The notes below the pieces were generated by a model, which saw only the letters and a list, made by a program, of their open reading frames with translations, did no database searches and was not told the origin of the DNA. The translations under genes and the position numbers were made by a program. From Chiloscyllium plagiosum (taxonomy: Eukaryota): a stretch of 64,000 nucleotides of DNA. Where the stretch lies: contig NC_057719.1 of NCBI RefSeq assembly GCF_004010195.1, positions 50,643,008 through 50,707,007 of the forward strand, written 5' to 3'. Positions 62,827-64,000 of the stretch are shown here, piece by piece. Each line of letters opens with the position of its first letter. Position 1 is the stretch's first letter.

Positions 62827-63535
62827 TGTTAGGTTCTTTTCCCAAGATTTCACTCACAAGACACAATTCGCACATACTAACTCCTGCAAACAGTTGAAGT
62901 TTATTGAAGCTTGTACAAGCTAGGTGACCCCTCTGACTCTCTTTGTTGGTCATGCAATGTCGAGTCAAAATGAGGTTCCGAGCAAAGAAAACACATCCCC
63001 TGTATTCAGGTCAGTTGATAATGCCGTTCACCCCCCCTAATAAGTACATGTCACCCCAGGTACGATGGTAGGATGAGATCATTCTTGGAGATAATGTAAC
63101 TATAAATGCCCTAATCTTGGGAAATCATTATGCAGACGTTTTCCTGACTCCGTGATTACCCATGTCTATGTAGGTGTGCTATGTCCTAACTTCAGGGCGG
63201 CCCTGCAAATGAGTTCTGGCTCCATTACTTCCCCAGACAATATAGGTGGGATATGCTTCAGTATCGGGGATGATCACGCAAGCGAATCTGATTGGCTCGG
63301 GGATGGCTAAGAAAGTATTTCTGAATGGAAGAGGCTGAACGGTAGTTTAATTTGATAATAGTAAGAGAGGAGTAGCAAATGACTGTCTAAATGAAGTGGG
63401 AGTCATCCGCATTCCTACATGAATGTCGTCCCTGCCCACTTCCAGAATGTTCAGTTTCTGGAGGAAGACAGTGCAGTTTAATGCTTTAATATTAAATTAA
63501 TGTCCAGGAAGATAGTCCAATTTAATCTTTTAACA
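62827..63535 (-). mobile_element. Probable solo LTR
   Basis: 709-bp insert interrupting LINE-B. Termini TGTTA...TAACA. Minus-strand AATAAA near 62900 and a weak TATA-like site near 63000. No clean TSD. Confidence 0.5.
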
Positions 63536-64000
63536 ATATTGATGGCTGCATCTGTGACTTGTAGATTGGTGACGATGAGTTCATGTAGGTTTTACTCTTT
63601 TATTGGTTCCCTCTCATCCTGCTGTAAACCCAATCTTGCAGCTATGTTCTTTGTACTCAGCCAGCATGGTCAGTGGTAGTGCTGCTTAGCTACTGTTGAT
63701 GGTGGGCATTGAAGTCCCCCATTCAGAGTATATTTTGTGCCCTTGGCCTCCTCAATGCTTCCTCCAATTGATGTTCAACATGGAGGCGTACTGATTCATT
63801 AGCTGAGCCAGAGGTAGTGGATGATAATCAAGAGGTTTCCTTGTCCACTTTTGAGCTGATTCTATATTTCATGGGATCCTGAGTCAATGTTGAAAATACA
63901 CAAAGCATCTCCTTCTTGACAGTATTTCACTGTACCATCAGTTCTGTGGGACAGGACACACTCAGAAATAGTGATGGTGATATATGGGATATTGTCTGTT

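Larger units (their letters stand above)
60240..64000 (-). mobile_element. LINE-B on the minus strand, interrupted by a CR1 tail (about 60657-60950), a PLE composite and a probable solo LTR
   Basis: Pieces 60240-60656, 62238-62826 and 63540-64000 are collinear on the minus strand. The last piece carries APE motifs (GDFN-like ggggacttcaat). Confidence 0.75.

Overview
Eukaryotic genomic DNA, most likely a shark: it carries HE1-type V-SINEs paired with HER1/CR1-type LINEs. The species cannot be fixed from the sequence alone. The window lies inside one large, intron-rich gene on the + strand that I recognise as KIAA0586/TALPID3, a centriolar ciliogenesis protein. Four exons are well supported (33782-33938, 39372-39410, 39574-39633, 54020-54246). 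They splice in frame into ...ATDVLHDLGKLKREMHGILQ|EAEHWQSDLQDIK|NAKLSNSHKSIDSACLQHHL|LKQP...MFEDAERILREVQTNKKFIEENLHAIAQAKD.... Two phase-compatible upstream microexons are candidates. The rest is intron, dominated by decayed and often nested retroelements: CR1 LINEs, an older second APE-RT LINE family ('LINE-B') with a tRNA-headed short derivative, HE1-like SINEs, a Rex1/Babar tail, a probable solo LTR, and Penelope-like element (PLE) remnants. There is a 789-nt assembly gap. Three signals stand out: (i) minimal hammerhead-ribozyme motifs in two PLE families; (ii) a direct-repeat-flanked composite at 60957-62223, where two inverted, hammerhead-bearing PLE ends bracket about 460 bp of unrelated DNA; (iii) an 86-bp insertion that is essentially only a hammerhead plus tail. 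I see no new protein-coding system. Almost all ORFs in the track are retroelement debris or noise. Repeat boundaries are approximate. Gene and family names come from recall, not from a database search.
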